A stretch of DNA of 63,977 bases, counting the filler, from Candidatus Rokuibacteriota bacterium (GTDB taxonomy: Bacteria; JAUVQV01; DATDCY01): the NCBI GenBank assembly GCA_031406795.1. It is 7 parts of 7 records of this genome, joined end to end, with 100 filler letters (N's around TTAATTAATTAA, not from the genome) between each part and the next. Parts side by side here need not be neighbours in the genome. Positions count along the whole stretch, not along the records: positions 61,149 to 63,977 come from JANOHV010000253.1; 6 more parts are not named here. The stretch is one strand, 5' to 3'. Within the stretch, counting starts at the first letter, position 1; each line of letters opens with the position of its first letter. The position numbers and the translations under genes were made by a program. Below, piece after piece: positions 61,149 to 63,977 of the stretch. The notes beneath the pieces were generated by a model. The model searched no databases. It was not told the origin of the DNA and saw only the letters and a list, made by a program, of their open reading frames with translations.

Positions 61149-61209
61149 TGGCTGCGGACGGCCTGAGCTTCATCGTCGGACAAGCTGACCAGTTGCCCGC
61201 GCAGACGGA

Positions 61210-62808
61210 TCATTCCAGCTCAATCGTGCCGGGCGGTTTTGACGTGCAGTCATAGAACACCCGGTTCACGCCCTTGACCTCGTTGATGACCCGGTTGGAG
61301 ATCCGGCGCAGCAGACGGTCGGGGAGCTTCGCCCAGTCGGCAGTCATGCCGTCGAGCGAGTGCACCGCGCGCAGCACGATCGCCTTCTCGTAGGTGCGCG
61401 AGTCGCCCATGACCCCGACGGACTGCACCGGCAGCAGCACGCCGAAGGACTGCCAGATCTTGCGGGTCAGGCCGGCCTGCTCGATCTCGTCCTGGATGAT
61501 CGCATCGGCGCCCCGCAGCAGCTCGAGATTCGCCGCCGTCACCTCGCCGAGGATGCGGATCGCGAGCCCCGGCCCCGGGAAGGGCTGGCGGCGGACGATG
61601 TGCTCGGGCAGGCCGAGCTCGAGACCGAGTTCGCGCACCTCGTCCTTGAACAGTTCCCGCAGCGGTTCGACCAGCTTCAGGTGCATCCGCTCCGGCAGAC
61701 CGCCGACGTTGTGGTGGCTCTTGATGACCGCCGACGGGCCCTTGAAGGACACCGATTCGATGACGTCGGGATAGAGTGTCCCCTGCGCGAGAAAATCGAC
61801 TTGGCCGATGCGTCCGGCCTCCTCCTCGAAGATCTTGATGAACTCGTTGCCGATGATTTTGCGCTTGCGCTCGGGGTCGGTCACCCCGGCGAGCTTCCCC
61901 AGGAAGCGCGCCGCCGCGTCCACCACGTCGAGATTCAGGTGGAAATGATCGCGGAACGTGCGTTCGACGTCCAGGCGCTCGCCACGGCGCAGCACGCCGT
62001 TGTCCACGAAAATACAGCTCAGCCGCTCGCCGATCGCCCGGTGGATCAGCAGCGCGGCCACGGCGGAATCGACGCCGCCGGAGAGCGCGCAGACCACCCG
62101 CCCTTTCGGGCCGACGGTCTTTCTGATCTGCGCGATCGCGTAGTCCACGAAGGAGTGCATGTCCCAGGCGGCGGAACAGCCGCAGACCCCGTGCACGAAA
62201 TTCCCGAGCAGCTCGCGGCCGCGGGGGGTGTGCGCGACCTCGGGGTGGAACTGGATGCCGTAGAAACGCCGCACCGGGTCGGCCATCGCGGCGACAGGGG
62301 AGTTCCCCGTCTTCGCAATCGGACGGAACCCCGGCGGCAATCGCTCGATGCGATCGCCGTGGCTCATCCAGACGACCTCCCGCGCCTGCCCCCTGCCGCC
62401 GAACCCCTTGAAGAGTTCCGTGGCTCGCGCGATTGCCAGGTGGGCGCGCCCATATTCGCGGCCGGCGGCCTTCGCCACGACACCTCCCAGACGATGGGCC
62501 ATCAGCTGCATCCCGTAACAGATGCCGAGCACCGGCACGCCGAGATCGAACACCCCCGGCGGCCCGAGCGGCGCCTCCGGTTCGTAGACCGAGGCGGGCC
62601 CCCCCGAGAGAATGATGCCCCGGGGGCGGAAGGCGCGCACGGCTGCGTCGGCGGCGGTGCACGGCCAGATCTCGCAATACACCTTCTGCTCGCGCACCCG
62701 CCGCGCGATGAGCTGGGTGTACTGCGAACCGAAATCAAGAATGAGAATCCGCTCGGCGTGAAGATCCCGCGCAGTTGGCTTCGCTGTCTTTCCCGGTGCT
62801 TTCTTCAT
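61210..62808 (-). CDS. guaA: GMP synthase (glutamine-hydrolysing)
   Basis: [49 protein letters not shown]. Confidence 0.98.
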   Translation of the reverse strand: MKKAPGKTAKPTARDLHAERILILDFGSQYTQLIARRVREQKVYCEIWPCTAADAAVRAFRPRGIILSGGPASVYEPEAPLGPPGVFDLGVPVLGICYGMQLMAHRLGGVVAKAAGREYGRAHLAIARATELFKGFGGRGQAREVVWMSHGDRIERLPPGFRPIAKTGNSPVAAMADPVRRFYGIQFHPEVAHTPRGRELLGNFVHGVCGCSAAWDMHSFVDYAIAQIRKTVGPKGRVVCALSGGVDSAVAALLIHRAIGERLSCIFVDNGVLRRGERLDVERTFRDHFHLNLDVVDAAARFLGKLAGVTDPERKRKIIGNEFIKIFEEEAGRIGQVDFLAQGTLYPDVIESVSFKGPSAVIKSHHNVGGLPERMHLKLVEPLRELFKDEVRELGLELGLPEHIVRRQPFPGPGLAIRILGEVTAANLELLRGADAIIQDEIEQAGLTRKIWQSFGVLLPVQSVGVMGDSRTYEKAIVLRAVHSLDGMTADWAKLPDRLLRRISNRVINEVKGVNRVFYDCTSKPPGTIELE

Positions 62809-62832
62809 CCTCTCCTCAAATCTCCCGTGACG

Positions 62833-62959
62833 GGGGCGTGAGCGCGATTTTTCGTGCTGGCAAGGCGCGCGACGAGTCCCGACTGAGGCGTACGAGCCGT
62901 ACGCCGCAGGGAGGGACGAGGAAGCGCAACGCCGCCAGCGCGGAAAAGCGCCTCACGCC

Positions 62960-62960
<1 letters not shown>
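62833..62960 (+). repeat. Family A-related repeat between guaB and guaA (different termini, same core)
   Basis: GGGCGTGAG...CTCACGCCC ends; GGCAAGGCG..TGAGGCGTAC-GAGCC-GTACGCCGCA..AACGCCGCC core. Confidence 0.78.
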
Positions 62961-63976
<1,016 letters not shown>

Positions 63977-63977
63977 G

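Overview
The window is seven assembly contigs joined by six artificial 100-nt N/TTAATTAATTAA linkers, so gene adjacency across linkers means nothing. The genome is GC-rich, from a diderm (waaA-lpxK-lpxL) and probably anaerobic bacterium (rubredoxin, IorAB, multiheme cytochromes, selenoproteins). Much is housekeeping: rph-rdgB, mtgA, pilD, queD, rlmN, rplU, apt, guaAB, four tRNAs, an iorAB-paaK-liv operon, GH57 and a GGDEF/HD-GYP pair. The notable signals are: (1) a lipid/polyketide locus whose core is a 1251-aa fusion of a B12-radical SAM enzyme, an active ketosynthase and a catalytically dead CLF-like ketosynthase, flanked by a second B12-radical SAM, an ACP and an acyltransferase; (2) three in-frame UGA codons followed by SECIS-like hairpins, in SelD, an ArsM-like methyltransferase and an unannotated two-helix membrane protein with a UxxxC motif; (3) two independent cases where a CDS uses nucleotides 8-10 (TAG) of a tRNA-Pro gene as its stop codon; (4) a sigma54-type operon for a 13-heme cytochrome c plus cytochrome b, containing membrane-anchored receiver proteins and facing a heme-c sensor kinase and an NtrC-type activator; (5) a dispersed repeat family with covarying hairpins, one copy holding a nested MITE that itself holds a REP doublet; (6) an IS3 element next to a truncated BREX brxL. 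All calls come from reading the sequence; no searches were run.
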